A DNA stretch of 64,000 bases from a candidate division WOR-3 bacterium 4484_18 (GTDB lineage: Bacteria; Hydrothermota; UBA3073; NMUJ01), in the NCBI GenBank assembly GCA_002256535.1, contig NMUJ01000007.1, positions 3,648 through 67,647 on the forward strand, read 5' to 3'. A model generated the notes under the pieces. It was not told the DNA's origin. It was given only the letters and a program-made list of their open reading frames with translations, and did no database searches. A program made the position numbers and the translations under genes. This document shows, in pieces, positions 10,244 through 18,951 of the stretch (positions are counted from its first letter, which is position 1; each line of letters begins with the position of its first letter).

Positions 10244-10375
10244 CGATGCCGTATGTACCAGATTACACTATATATAATGCACGCCAGGATCAAAGCATAC
10301 GCACCAAATGTAGATGGTGGACAACCCATCGTAACTAAGATGCAGTCTCATCATAGAAGGTCAACTCCTCACCCC

Positions 10376-10403
10376 TTGTCTAACACTAAAAATGCTGTAT
10401 ATT
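10376..10403 (+). promoter_or_regulatory. Sigma70-like promoter for rnpB (TTGTCT - 16 nt - TATATT)
   Basis: TTGTCT at 10376-10381 and TATATT at 10398-10403, placing a start site ~7 nt downstream at the first base of the rnpB P1 helix. Confidence 0.4.
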
Positions 10404-10408
10404 ATTAA

Positions 10409-10754
10409 GTGACCGGGTGGATCGGGTGGTCGCTCCGATCCGGGGAGGAAAGTCCGGGCACCATAGGGCAGGGTACCCCGTGATAAGCGGGGGCTCTAGG
10501 AGCGATATCTCTTAGAGACGGAAAGTGCCACAGAAAACAGACCGCCAGCGGTCCCGTTCTATGGGATGCGGGCAAGGGTGAAAAGGTGGAGTAAGAGCCC
10601 ACCGCTCTGGTGGTAACACCAGAGGCATGGCAAACCCTACCCGGTGCAAGGCCAAATAGGGGGAGAGGTAGCCCGCCTCGTCATCACCCCGGGTAGGCCG
10701 CTGAGATAGATGACCACCCTCGACAGAACCCGGCTTACAGATCCACCCGGTCAC
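10409..10754 (+). ncRNA. rnpB: RNase P RNA, bacterial type A
   Basis: Contains the universally conserved GGGAGGAAAGTCCGGGC (P4 5' strand) followed by ACCATAGGGCAGGG. Also GGGCAAGGGTGAAAAGGTGGAGTAAGAGCCCACC, CAAACCCTACCCGGTGCAAGGCCAAATAGGGGG and AGATAGATGACCACCCTCGACAGAACCCGGCTTA, all matching E. coli M1 RNA blocks. The terminal P1 helix is GTGACCGGGTGGATC paired with GATCCACCCGGTCAC. Confidence 0.85.
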
Positions 10755-11737
10755 ATCTTGTAGTATGTAGGATAGACCAGTATATAATCACCGAACCCAT
10801 GTTCGTCCACAAATATGAACACCATATTACGTGAATAGTAATACCATATCTCATAGGGCTTATATTCAAGTTCGAATGGGTGTGATTCCACCTCATCCGG
10901 TGGCCCCAATAGTATATAAACTCTACCTCTATCGGTACGCCATCCTTCCCGGGTTTCACGAAAATGTGTATTCGCATACTCTACACGTTCGAGATATGTC
11001 TCCTTATATTCATTATGTGGGGTGCCGGGAGTGGGGTCACGTTTTTTCCAGAACTTCTTCCATAACTGTTCACGCTCGGAGCGAGTTTTGGCCTTCCTGA
11101 ACGCATCCATTTCCTCACCCGTCGCTATGTAAGATAGTACCTCATAGTTATCGATGTACTTCCAATCAAGATATGGACCAAACAGTAACGTATCCTTATA
11201 GACTTTATCACCCAGCCTTAACTGATATATACCCTGCTCTTCGTCAGCCCTCACATATAACGTGCATGGGTAAGTAACTTTATCTCCACTCAAAATTATG
11301 CTGTCAGTTCTATCCCCTATTTTATACCAAACCGTAAAGGGCGCTTTATTTTCACGAAAATCATATACATTGAAAATCAGGTATCCCAAAAGCACACTAT
11401 CTTCTGTTGCTATAAAAATAGGTGACGAAAATGTCAACATACTTTCCGGTTTATCTGGAATCCTGATAGTCTCTCGCTGCTTGGACACAGTTTGTGTCTG
11501 TAGATCACGTAGCTCCACTTCCAACGTATATTCACCTGGTTCAAACGGCCCTATTTTCAGCTCACTTCTGAGCTCATAATACGATACGGTGGTTTCATAT
11601 TCTGGGAACACTCTATGGTCTATGTGGATGTCGCCAATCTCAACTACAAGCAGATATGGGTGCCCATCTTCCCATATAAGGGTTTTTTGGTAACTAAACC
11701 CCACCATAAAAAGGAGTAATACACACCACATACTCAC
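10751..11737 (-). CDS. GWxTD domain-containing protein, secreted
   Basis: 328 aa with an N-terminal signal-like segment. The C-terminal region has GWRTDRGRVYILLGPPDE, the diagnostic GWxTD motif. Confidence 0.7.
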   Translation of the reverse strand: MSMWCVLLLFMVGFSYQKTLIWEDGHPYLLVVEIGDIHIDHRVFPEYETTVSYYELRSELKIGPFEPGEYTLEVELRDLQTQTVSKQRETIRIPDKPESMLTFSSPIFIATEDSVLLGYLIFNVYDFRENKAPFTVWYKIGDRTDSIILSGDKVTYPCTLYVRADEEQGIYQLRLGDKVYKDTLLFGPYLDWKYIDNYEVLSYIATGEEMDAFRKAKTRSEREQLWKKFWKKRDPTPGTPHNEYKETYLERVEYANTHFRETREGWRTDRGRVYILLGPPDEVESHPFELEYKPYEIWYYYSRNMVFIFVDEHGFGDYILVYPTYYKM

Positions 11738-11742
11738 TTATA

Positions 11743-11889
11743 AGTTACTGGATAAATACGTTTATGCAATATCATTCGTGTGTCCCGAATATCTCCAAGA
11801 ATTTCACAATAAGGTTGATATTTCGCCATAGGAATATCAACCCTATAAGCAGAAATATTAGCACAATTATAGGGGTCCATGCAGGTCTT
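11743..11889 (-). CDS. Possible small protein (48 aa, Cys-containing), unannotated
   Basis: ATG at 11889 is preceded by GGAGGA 7 nt upstream. It encodes MDPYNCANISAYRVDIPMAKYQPYCEILGDIRDTRMILHKRIYPVTYK. Too short for the ORF track. There is no homology evidence. Confidence 0.15.
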
Positions 11890-11916
11890 ATCCTCCTATA
11901 CCGTACAAATTTATAG

Positions 11917-12690
11917 TTAGGCCATTTCATTCACAATTTTATTCCCAAATGTAAGATAACCCGTATGACATATCATAAACTCCCTTGGCCGTGTTTTACC
12001 CTCACGTACCAATATTTCACGTTCTATAACCTCCACCGTACGCAACCTTACGAAGTAACCCTTCAACGCCTCATATGCCTTCTGTACCTGTTCGATATTG
12101 GGTGAAAGTGATACCCAAAATCCACCGGGTTCTAACACCTCATATACTGGACGGACGAATTCCCATGGTTCAGGTACATCCACAAAAGCAGCCTCCACCA
12201 CAGGTATATTGAACCCTTCCTTTGTAGGGTCACACAGTAAGAATTCCACCCTATCTGCTAAGTTGGCCCTCCTCACATTGTTTATTGCATTATCCAGAAA
12301 CTCCTTACGACGCTCAAATGAGTATACTTTACCTGTTGTACCCACGATAGTAGCGAGCACTATGGTGAATGCACCCGATCCCGTACCCACTTCAAGTACA
12401 CGGCTACCACACCCTATAGACGTATATAACAACATAAGGCCAGCATCTTTTGGATATATGATGGTTGTCACCCTACGTACCTTAAGCATCAGATCGCGGG
12501 TGGCTGGCTTTATCACATAGAATGTGGTTCCAGACGAGGAGACAATCTTCTCACCCCATTTCAAACCTTCAGGTAGGGTAATCTCCCCCTTATGTGTGGA
12601 AAATTTAACCCCTGGTTTATAAACAAGCAGAAACTTTGCCTTCGATCCACTGTACAATAGGATTTGATCACCTTCGTGCAATGATTGCAT
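11917..12690 (-). CDS. trmI: tRNA (adenine-N1)-methyltransferase, TrmI/Gcd14 family
   Basis: 257 aa with the SAM-binding motif VLEVGTGSGAFT and a TrmI-like C-terminal region. It overlaps the upstream degT by 1 nt. Confidence 0.7.
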   Translation of the reverse strand: MQSLHEGDQILLYSGSKAKFLLVYKPGVKFSTHKGEITLPEGLKWGEKIVSSSGTTFYVIKPATRDLMLKVRRVTTIIYPKDAGLMLLYTSIGCGSRVLEVGTGSGAFTIVLATIVGTTGKVYSFERRKEFLDNAINNVRRANLADRVEFLLCDPTKEGFNIPVVEAAFVDVPEPWEFVRPVYEVLEPGGFWVSLSPNIEQVQKAYEALKGYFVRLRTVEVIEREILVREGKTRPREFMICHTGYLTFGNKIVNEMA

Positions 12691-13823
12691 TACCTGAAGA
12701 ATCCAACAATCGTATCTATAACGTAATCAACCTCATCTTCGGATAAATACTGGAAAATAGGCAAAGATAGTACCTCCTTGCTAACTTTTTCAGAAACTGG
12801 TAGATCGCCCCCCCTATAACCAAGATATGATAATGCCGGCTGTAAGTGACACGGTATGGGATAATGTATTGCAGTTTCTATCCCTTTTTCTTGTAGGAAC
12901 TTACGTAGATTATCACGTTCTGGTGTCCTTATAGTGTACTGGTGATAGATATGGGTTCTATCATGCTTTTTAGCTGGTGTTTCCACAACCGCCTGTAGTT
13001 TCGCATCATATTTGGCTGCGATAGCTTTTCGACGTTCGTTCCACTCTTCAAGATGTTTGAAATTCACACTAAGTATAGCAGCCTGTATAGCATCGAGCCG
13101 CGAGTTATACCCCCAATCTGGATAGTAATACTTCTTTGTTGCCCCATGTATTCTATATGTCTTAATCTTCTCATAAAGTGTAGAATCGTCAGTAAATATC
13201 ATACCTGCATCACCAAATGCAGGTAGATTTTTTGTAGGGAAGAAGCTCACCCCCCCTAATAAGCCGAACGAGCCCACCTTCTTACCTTTGTATTCGGCAC
13301 CTAATGCCTGTGCAAGATCCTCTACCACGGGTACCCCATACTTTGTGGCAATCCCCGTAATTTCATCCATATCTGCACTCTGGCCATAAAGATGTACAGG
13401 TATGATCGCCTTCAATCGTGAGCGTACGGATGGTGGCAGATGTTTAATCACAATATCAAGGTGTTCGGGATCCATGTTGTAGGTTTGGGGTTCAATATCC
13501 ACAAATATGGGTGTAGCACCTAACCTTATTATAACCTCAGGTGTCGCAAAAAACGTAAATGTAGTAGTTATGACGAAATCACCCTGTCCCACACCTATCA
13601 CACGTAGTGCCAGTAATAACGCATCTGTGCCACTCGCTACCCCCAACGCATATGAGGTACCTACATAATGTGCTAATGTTTGTTCAAGTTGTGCTACAAC
13701 ATCACCCAGTATAAACCTACCGCTATTAAGTACCGAACCGATTGCTGCATCTATATCGGGTTTCAGATCTTCATACAATCGTCGAAGATTAATCAACGGT
13801 ACATGCATCTCATACCCCCTCAT
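12690..13823 (-). CDS. DegT/DnrJ/EryC1/StrS-family PLP-dependent sugar aminotransferase
   Basis: 377 aa with GDVVAQLEQTLAHYVGTSYALGVASGTDALLLAL and a downstream Lys region typical of DegT-family aminotransferases. It is translationally coupled to efp (ATGA overlap). Confidence 0.75.
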   Translation of the reverse strand: MRGYEMHVPLINLRRLYEDLKPDIDAAIGSVLNSGRFILGDVVAQLEQTLAHYVGTSYALGVASGTDALLLALRVIGVGQGDFVITTTFTFFATPEVIIRLGATPIFVDIEPQTYNMDPEHLDIVIKHLPPSVRSRLKAIIPVHLYGQSADMDEITGIATKYGVPVVEDLAQALGAEYKGKKVGSFGLLGGVSFFPTKNLPAFGDAGMIFTDDSTLYEKIKTYRIHGATKKYYYPDWGYNSRLDAIQAAILSVNFKHLEEWNERRKAIAAKYDAKLQAVVETPAKKHDRTHIYHQYTIRTPERDNLRKFLQEKGIETAIHYPIPCHLQPALSYLGYRGGDLPVSEKVSKEVLSLPIFQYLSEDEVDYVIDTIVGFFR

Positions 13824-14380
13824 TTTACACGTTCAATATATTCGCCAGTACGTGTATCAACTTTGATGATATCACCTTCCTTAATAAACAATGGTACCGT
13901 AATGGTGAGCCCCGTCTCCAGTTTGGCAGGTTTACTGCCACCCGTTGCTGTATCACCACGTACACCAGGTGGTGTCTCAACTACTCTAAGTTCGACGAAG
14001 TTTGGCAATTTCACACCTACAGGTTCGCCATCCGCATAAATTATGTTAACATCCATATTCTCCGTAAGGTAATTACGTGCTTCACCTACAACTTCAATAG
14101 ATAGCGGAAGCTGATCATATGTTTCCATATCCATGAAATAGAATGTATCGCCTTCGCGGTATATATACTGGAAGCTCTTCTCCTCCAGATGTACGATATC
14201 TATCTTATCACCCGCTTTGAAGGTACGCTCAAGCACCACACCGGTTTTGAGGTTTTTGAGCCTTGTTCGCACAAAAGCGCCACCTCTACCCAGCTTCACA
14301 TGTTGAAAATCCACAACTGTGTAGAGGTCACCTTCCAGCTTTATTGTTGTACCTTTTCTTAGATCAGATGTTGTAGCCAT
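13820..14380 (-). CDS. efp: Elongation factor P
   Basis: 186 aa, full-length alignment to EF-P (KOW-like N domain, then two OB domains ending GEYIERVK). The loop residue equivalent to E. coli Lys34 is Arg (VKLGRGGAF). Confidence 0.85.
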   Translation of the reverse strand: MATTSDLRKGTTIKLEGDLYTVVDFQHVKLGRGGAFVRTRLKNLKTGVVLERTFKAGDKIDIVHLEEKSFQYIYREGDTFYFMDMETYDQLPLSIEVVGEARNYLTENMDVNIIYADGEPVGVKLPNFVELRVVETPPGVRGDTATGGSKPAKLETGLTITVPLFIKEGDIIKVDTRTGEYIERVK

Positions 14381-14381
14381 A

Positions 14382-15119
14382 TCACCCCCTTGTTATATTA
14401 AAAGTCGCCAAATACTGTTTAATAAGTGGTATGTTGGAGGTTTTGAACCCTTCAATATCGCCCTCGAAGATTATCTTACCTTCCGCCAACATCGCTATTT
14501 TATCCGCTACGGTAAACGTACACTGTAGATCATGTGTCACGATTATTGCCGTAAGTCCAAGCGTCTTCTGTAGGTCTTTTATTAACTCATTGATCTTTTG
14601 TGCAGTGAGTGGATCCAATCCCGTCGTGGGTTCATCAAATAACAGATATTTGGGTTCTATTGCCAACGCACGTGCAATAGCTACACGTTTTTTCATACCA
14701 CCTGATAGCTCCGATGGCATAAATTCTTCGCTACCTGCCATCTCAACGAGTGTGAGTTTATCACATGCTATACGACGTAGATCTTCCTCCGGCAAATGGT
14801 CGTGCACTCTCAATGCAAGTGTAACATTCTCCCATACAGGTAGCGAATCGAGTAATGCCGACCCCTGAAACACCATAGCCATTCTCTTACGTACATTCCA
14901 AAGCTCTCTACTGGATGCTCTTGTTATATCTATACCATCTATAAATATATTACCGCTGTCAGGTTTAAGTAACCCTATAATGTGTTTCAGTAATACACTT
15001 TTGCCCACCCCTGAACGCCCCAATATTACAGTGATCTTCTTTTCTGGGATTGTGAGGTTTACACCCCTTAACACATGGTTATCACCGAAAGATTTGTGTA
15101 GATCCTTGATCTCTATCAT
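14382..15119 (-). CDS. mlaF: ABC transporter ATP-binding protein, MlaF/Ttg2A-like
   Basis: 245 aa with Walker A GRSGVGKS, the ABC signature LSGGMKKRVAIARAL and Walker B LLFDEPT. Confidence 0.65.
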   Translation of the reverse strand: MIEIKDLHKSFGDNHVLRGVNLTIPEKKITVILGRSGVGKSVLLKHIIGLLKPDSGNIFIDGIDITRASSRELWNVRKRMAMVFQGSALLDSLPVWENVTLALRVHDHLPEEDLRRIACDKLTLVEMAGSEEFMPSELSGGMKKRVAIARALAIEPKYLLFDEPTTGLDPLTAQKINELIKDLQKTLGLTAIIVTHDLQCTFTVADKIAMLAEGKIIFEGDIEGFKTSNIPLIKQYLATFNITRG

Positions 15120-15122
15120 AGA

Positions 15123-15890
15123 TTAAATAGGGTAATTAAACATCAACACACCAACAATGTTGTCAAACAACAATACAAGCACAGAAGCAGCTACTACACT
15201 TTGAGTAGCACATTTACCTACACTTTCGGCACCCCCCATAGCCTTCATACCATAGAAGGTACCGATAATACCTATTATTACACCGAATACAGCACTCTTG
15301 ACAAGGCTACCCGCAAACTCCATGGGTATGAAATTAAACCTCAATCCCTCTACATAGTTGATCAATTTTATGTGAAGTAAAGTAACTGCACATATCCCAC
15401 CACCTATCATGGCGGAGACTTCACCCACCATCGTCAATATCGGGGTAGCAATCAATGTCGCCATTATCCTTGGCAATATTATGTAATGATAAGGATCTAT
15501 GGCAAGCGTCTCAAGCGCATCTATCTGCTCGGTAACCCTCATGCTACCTATCTCTGCTGCTAAAGCTGACGTCACCTTACCTGCAAGTAGCAGCCCCGTC
15601 AATAATGGACCTAACATTATAAAGAACGCTTTTGCTACTGCCATACCTATGTATACTTCAGGGAGATACCCCTCACCCTGAGTAGCAGCCGTATACGCAG
15701 TGGCGAATCCACCCAAAAAAAGTGTTATCAATATGATGGATAACGAACCTACACCAAGCTTCCAAACTTCACTGATAATATATGGTATCACACTGAAAAC
15801 CCTCGGTAAACGCTTTAGCACCTCCCATATAAATAGTGTAAGCTCCCCTACATAACTAAGTGCCTTCATATTGCCTCTCAAGTTCCACAA
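15123..15890 (-). CDS. mlaE: ABC transporter permease, MlaE/Ttg2B-like
   Basis: 255 aa, multi-TM, MlaE-like organisation, located directly upstream of the mlaF-like ATPase. Confidence 0.65.
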   Translation of the reverse strand: MWNLRGNMKALSYVGELTLFIWEVLKRLPRVFSVIPYIISEVWKLGVGSLSIILITLFLGGFATAYTAATQGEGYLPEVYIGMAVAKAFFIMLGPLLTGLLLAGKVTSALAAEIGSMRVTEQIDALETLAIDPYHYIILPRIMATLIATPILTMVGEVSAMIGGGICAVTLLHIKLINYVEGLRFNFIPMEFAGSLVKSAVFGVIIGIIGTFYGMKAMGGAESVGKCATQSVVAASVLVLLFDNIVGVLMFNYPI

Positions 15891-17196
15891 ACCGTGTATA
15901 ATCTTCCTGAAAATATAGCTGTGTTATACCCACAGGACCATTACGATTCTTACCAATAATTACCTGGAAGATATTCTGTTCAGCTTCTGTCTCCGGTTTG
16001 TGTAAAAATATCACAATATCTGCATCTTGCTCTATAGCACCGGATTCACGTAAATCCGATAACTTTGGTGGCCTCTTCTCACGCGCAGCAGCCCTCGATA
16101 GCTGCGATACTGCAATCACCGGTAAGTCTAACTCTTTGGCTAAATCTTTCAACGATCTGGATATAAAACTTATCTCCTGTTGACGATTCTCCATTCTACG
16201 GTGTGATGTAATAAGCTGTAGATAATCGATTATTATTAGCTTGACATCTTCTCGTGATTTAAGTCTACGTGCCTTTGCACGCAATTCCAGTATAGATATT
16301 GCCGGTGTATCATCAATAAAGATGGGAGATTCGGAGAGATTACCCGATGCAGTGTATAGTCGGGAGAGATCCTCCTGTGTTATGTTACCGGTTCGTACTT
16401 TATGGATACCCACCTGTGCATGCATACATAGTAGACGCTGTACAACATGCTCTTTTGACATCTCTAAACTGAAGAATGCAACCGGCACAGATGGATCCGA
16501 ACGTACCGCGAGATGCTCTATAATGTTAAGTGCAAATGCTGTTTTACCCATACCCGGGCGTGCTGCTAAGACAATAAACTCACTATCATGGAAACCAGCA
16601 GTATATTTATCAAGATCATTGAACCCAGAAGGTATACCAGTGACGAACCTCCTTTCCCTGTACGCTTTCTCTATCATCTCGAACACATCCGTAAGCACCG
16701 CACGTACAGGTATGAACCCCTTCTTTATTCTCTTCTCTTTAATAGAGAATATGAGCCTCTCCGCCTCATCCAACGTCTCATCCACATCCTCAGGCATAGC
16801 ATACGCTGCCTCTATGATCCTCTTACCCGCCCGTATCATCTCACGTAAAACAGCCTTGTCTGCAACTATACGCGCATAATACTCAATATTCGCCAGAGAG
16901 GCGACACTTTCCAACAAATTGGCTAAAAACTCCTTTCCACCAATTTCCTCTAATATCCCTTTATTTCTCAGTTTTTCAGCCAATGTAACGACATCGACAA
17001 CCTCATTTGATTCATACATTTCGACTATTGTTTCAAAGATTTGGCGATGCGATTTGAGGTAGAATGCATTAGGTGTAAGTATGGTTATCATCTTCTCTAT
17101 AGCGTCTTTACTCATCATCATAGCACCCAGCAGGCTACGTTCTGCATCTACTGAGTGTGGTTCGTATGCCTCAATTTGTTCTTTCTTCTCTTTCAT
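15856..17196 (-). CDS. dnaB: Replicative DNA helicase DnaB
   Basis: 446 aa with Walker A GARPGMGKT, Walker B IIDYLQL, a DnaB N-domain and the conserved FFSLEMS segment. Normal length with no intein. Confidence 0.85.
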   Translation of the reverse strand: MKEKKEQIEAYEPHSVDAERSLLGAMMMSKDAIEKMITILTPNAFYLKSHRQIFETIVEMYESNEVVDVVTLAEKLRNKGILEEIGGKEFLANLLESVASLANIEYYARIVADKAVLREMIRAGKRIIEAAYAMPEDVDETLDEAERLIFSIKEKRIKKGFIPVRAVLTDVFEMIEKAYRERRFVTGIPSGFNDLDKYTAGFHDSEFIVLAARPGMGKTAFALNIIEHLAVRSDPSVPVAFFSLEMSKEHVVQRLLCMHAQVGIHKVRTGNITQEDLSRLYTASGNLSESPIFIDDTPAISILELRAKARRLKSREDVKLIIIDYLQLITSHRRMENRQQEISFISRSLKDLAKELDLPVIAVSQLSRAAAREKRPPKLSDLRESGAIEQDADIVIFLHKPETEAEQNIFQVIIGKNRNGPVGITQLYFQEDYTRFVELERQYEGT

Positions 17197-17521
17197 CGTA
17201 AAGTCTCTTTAGTAATTTAAGGTGTTCCCATGCCTCTTTTTTCCAACCTCCGTGTCTAAGCAGTGCTGCTGGGTGGAATGTTGGCAACACCTTAATCCCC
17301 TTCCAATCGCATATTTTACCTCGTAGTCTACTGAATTCATACCTACTCTTCTCCAATATTACCGATGTAGCAAACTTACCCAATGTCAATATTATGCTGG
17401 GCTTTATAATTTCGATCTGACGTATTAGATAATCTTTACATGCTATTATCTCCCCCGGTAGGGGATCCCGGTTCCCCGGTGGTCTGCATTTCAGTACATT
17501 CGCTATATAGAAACTCTTCAC
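17171..17521 (-). pseudogene. Family-4 uracil-DNA glycosylase, C-terminal fragment only (N-terminal ~80 aa absent)
   Basis: 116 aa beginning mid-domain (NVLKCRPPGNRDP...HPAALLRHGGW, the family-4 UDG motif B region). The N-terminal GE(G/A)PG motif A region is missing. Only 23 nt separate the ORF start from the coaBC stop, so the missing part cannot be encoded. Confidence 0.5.
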
Positions 17522-17544
17522 TCTTAAAGTATTGCTTTAATTTA

Positions 17545-18732
17545 TCAATTTTCATCAAAAAATAAAAAATTTTCCACCTTATCTACAATTATTTTGCCCA
17601 ATTTTCTTTTCGATGTTCTACCAATATCCCAAATTTCAAGCTCTCTATCCACAATTATTGCCTCAATATCATCTCTACCAAATGTCTTTGGGTTATTAAC
17701 AACTATCATATCGAGCCCCTTTTTTTTCAGCTTCTCTACCCCATTCCATACCATAAATTCTGTCTCCAATGCGAATCCAACCATAATCTTATCTGGATAT
17801 CGCTTTCTTGTGATTTCCAGCACATCGGGTGTAGGTTCGAACTTAGGCTCAAATTTCACATCTTTTTTAAACTTCTTCTCATATCTCTTGACCGGCCTAA
17901 AATCTGTGGGTGCTGCACACATTATCAATGCTGTCCCCTTTTCTAAGTTTTCGATAACCGCATTGAGCATCTCCTCGGTTGATTCCACTTGCACAGTTTC
18001 AACTCCTATCGGTTTCTCCAACCCTGTTGGTCCAGATACCAGTATAACATGTCCTCCCCTATCTCTAACCTCTTCCGCTATAGTGTAGCCCATCTTACCT
18101 GAAGCTGGGTTCGATATGAATCTCACCGCGTCTATATACTCTCTGGTAGGTCCCGCTGTCACCACTATAGTTCTACCTGCTAAACTCTTTTTATCCAGAA
18201 TTTCTTTCACAAATCTCACTATCTCTTCGGGATTACGCATCCTACCCTTACCAATCTTACCGGATGCCAGCTCACCCTCCTCCGGCTCTATTATCTTATA
18301 CCCCATAACTTCCGACAACTTTCTGATATTTTCCTGCAACACTTTATTTTCCCATAACCTTTCTTCCATGGCAGGTGCCAACACCACCGGCGCCCTTGTT
18401 GTTGCAACTGTTGCCAATAACACATTATCTGCAATACCAGCCGCCACTTTGTTAATAAAATCGTAACTGGCGGGTGCCACTAACACCAAGTCAGCATCTG
18501 TCAATTTCACATGTATTGGTACAGTTTGTGGCACAAAAAACTCACTGTAAACCTCATTATTGCTCAGCACCCCCGCTACAAGTGGCGAAACAAACTGTTT
18601 AGCATCCGGTGTTAATATAACTTTCACGTCATACCCTTCTTTTCTGAGCAACCTCACAACCTCCAACCCTTTATATGCAGCAATACTCGCAGTAATACCG
18701 AGTATCACCTCTCCTTTTTTTTCTCTTTCCAT
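17545..18732 (-). CDS. coaBC: Bifunctional phosphopantothenoylcysteine decarboxylase / phosphopantothenate-cysteine ligase
   Basis: 395 aa. The N-terminal flavoprotein domain (ILGITASIAAYKGLEVVRLL) and the C-terminal CoaB domain (IVVTAGPTREYIDAVRFISNPASGKMG) are both present. Confidence 0.85.
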   Translation of the reverse strand: MEREKKGEVILGITASIAAYKGLEVVRLLRKEGYDVKVILTPDAKQFVSPLVAGVLSNNEVYSEFFVPQTVPIHVKLTDADLVLVAPASYDFINKVAAGIADNVLLATVATTRAPVVLAPAMEERLWENKVLQENIRKLSEVMGYKIIEPEEGELASGKIGKGRMRNPEEIVRFVKEILDKKSLAGRTIVVTAGPTREYIDAVRFISNPASGKMGYTIAEEVRDRGGHVILVSGPTGLEKPIGVETVQVESTEEMLNAVIENLEKGTALIMCAAPTDFRPVKRYEKKFKKDVKFEPKFEPTPDVLEITRKRYPDKIMVGFALETEFMVWNGVEKLKKKGLDMIVVNNPKTFGRDDIEAIIVDRELEIWDIGRTSKRKLGKIIVDKVENFLFFDEN

Positions 18733-18935
18733 ACCACCTTCTTCTCAATGAGCCTCCTCAAGCTTTCGAGGCTAAAGTTTCGCAACTCACCCCCCATTAT
18801 CTCACCACCTAACATCTTAAAATCACGAAATATCCTATGCGCCTCCTTAGCTGCTATTACTATCGCCTTATATTTGTTATCCGCAACTTTCTCCAGATCC
18901 TCAATCGCTACAAATGGCCTCTTTTTCTCTACCAT
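18705..18935 (-). CDS. rpoZ: DNA-directed RNA polymerase subunit omega
   Basis: 76 aa with the NKYKAIVIAAKEAHRI motif typical of RpoZ. Conserved rpoZ-coaBC adjacency. Confidence 0.55.
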   Translation of the reverse strand: MVEKKRPFVAIEDLEKVADNKYKAIVIAAKEAHRIFRDFKMLGGEIMGGELRNFSLESLRRLIEKKVVWKEKKKER

Positions 18936-18951
18936 TTTTATCCCGTTAAGT

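Noticed and set aside
10405-10754. Two minus-strand ORFs (65 and 80 aa) from the supplied track
   Set aside because: They lie entirely antisense within the rnpB RNA gene, have no RBS, and encode low-complexity products. They are by-products of the GC-rich structured RNA.
15856-17196. Possible intein in dnaB
   Set aside because: 446 aa is the normal DnaB length and the Walker A to B spacing is standard, so there is no insertion.
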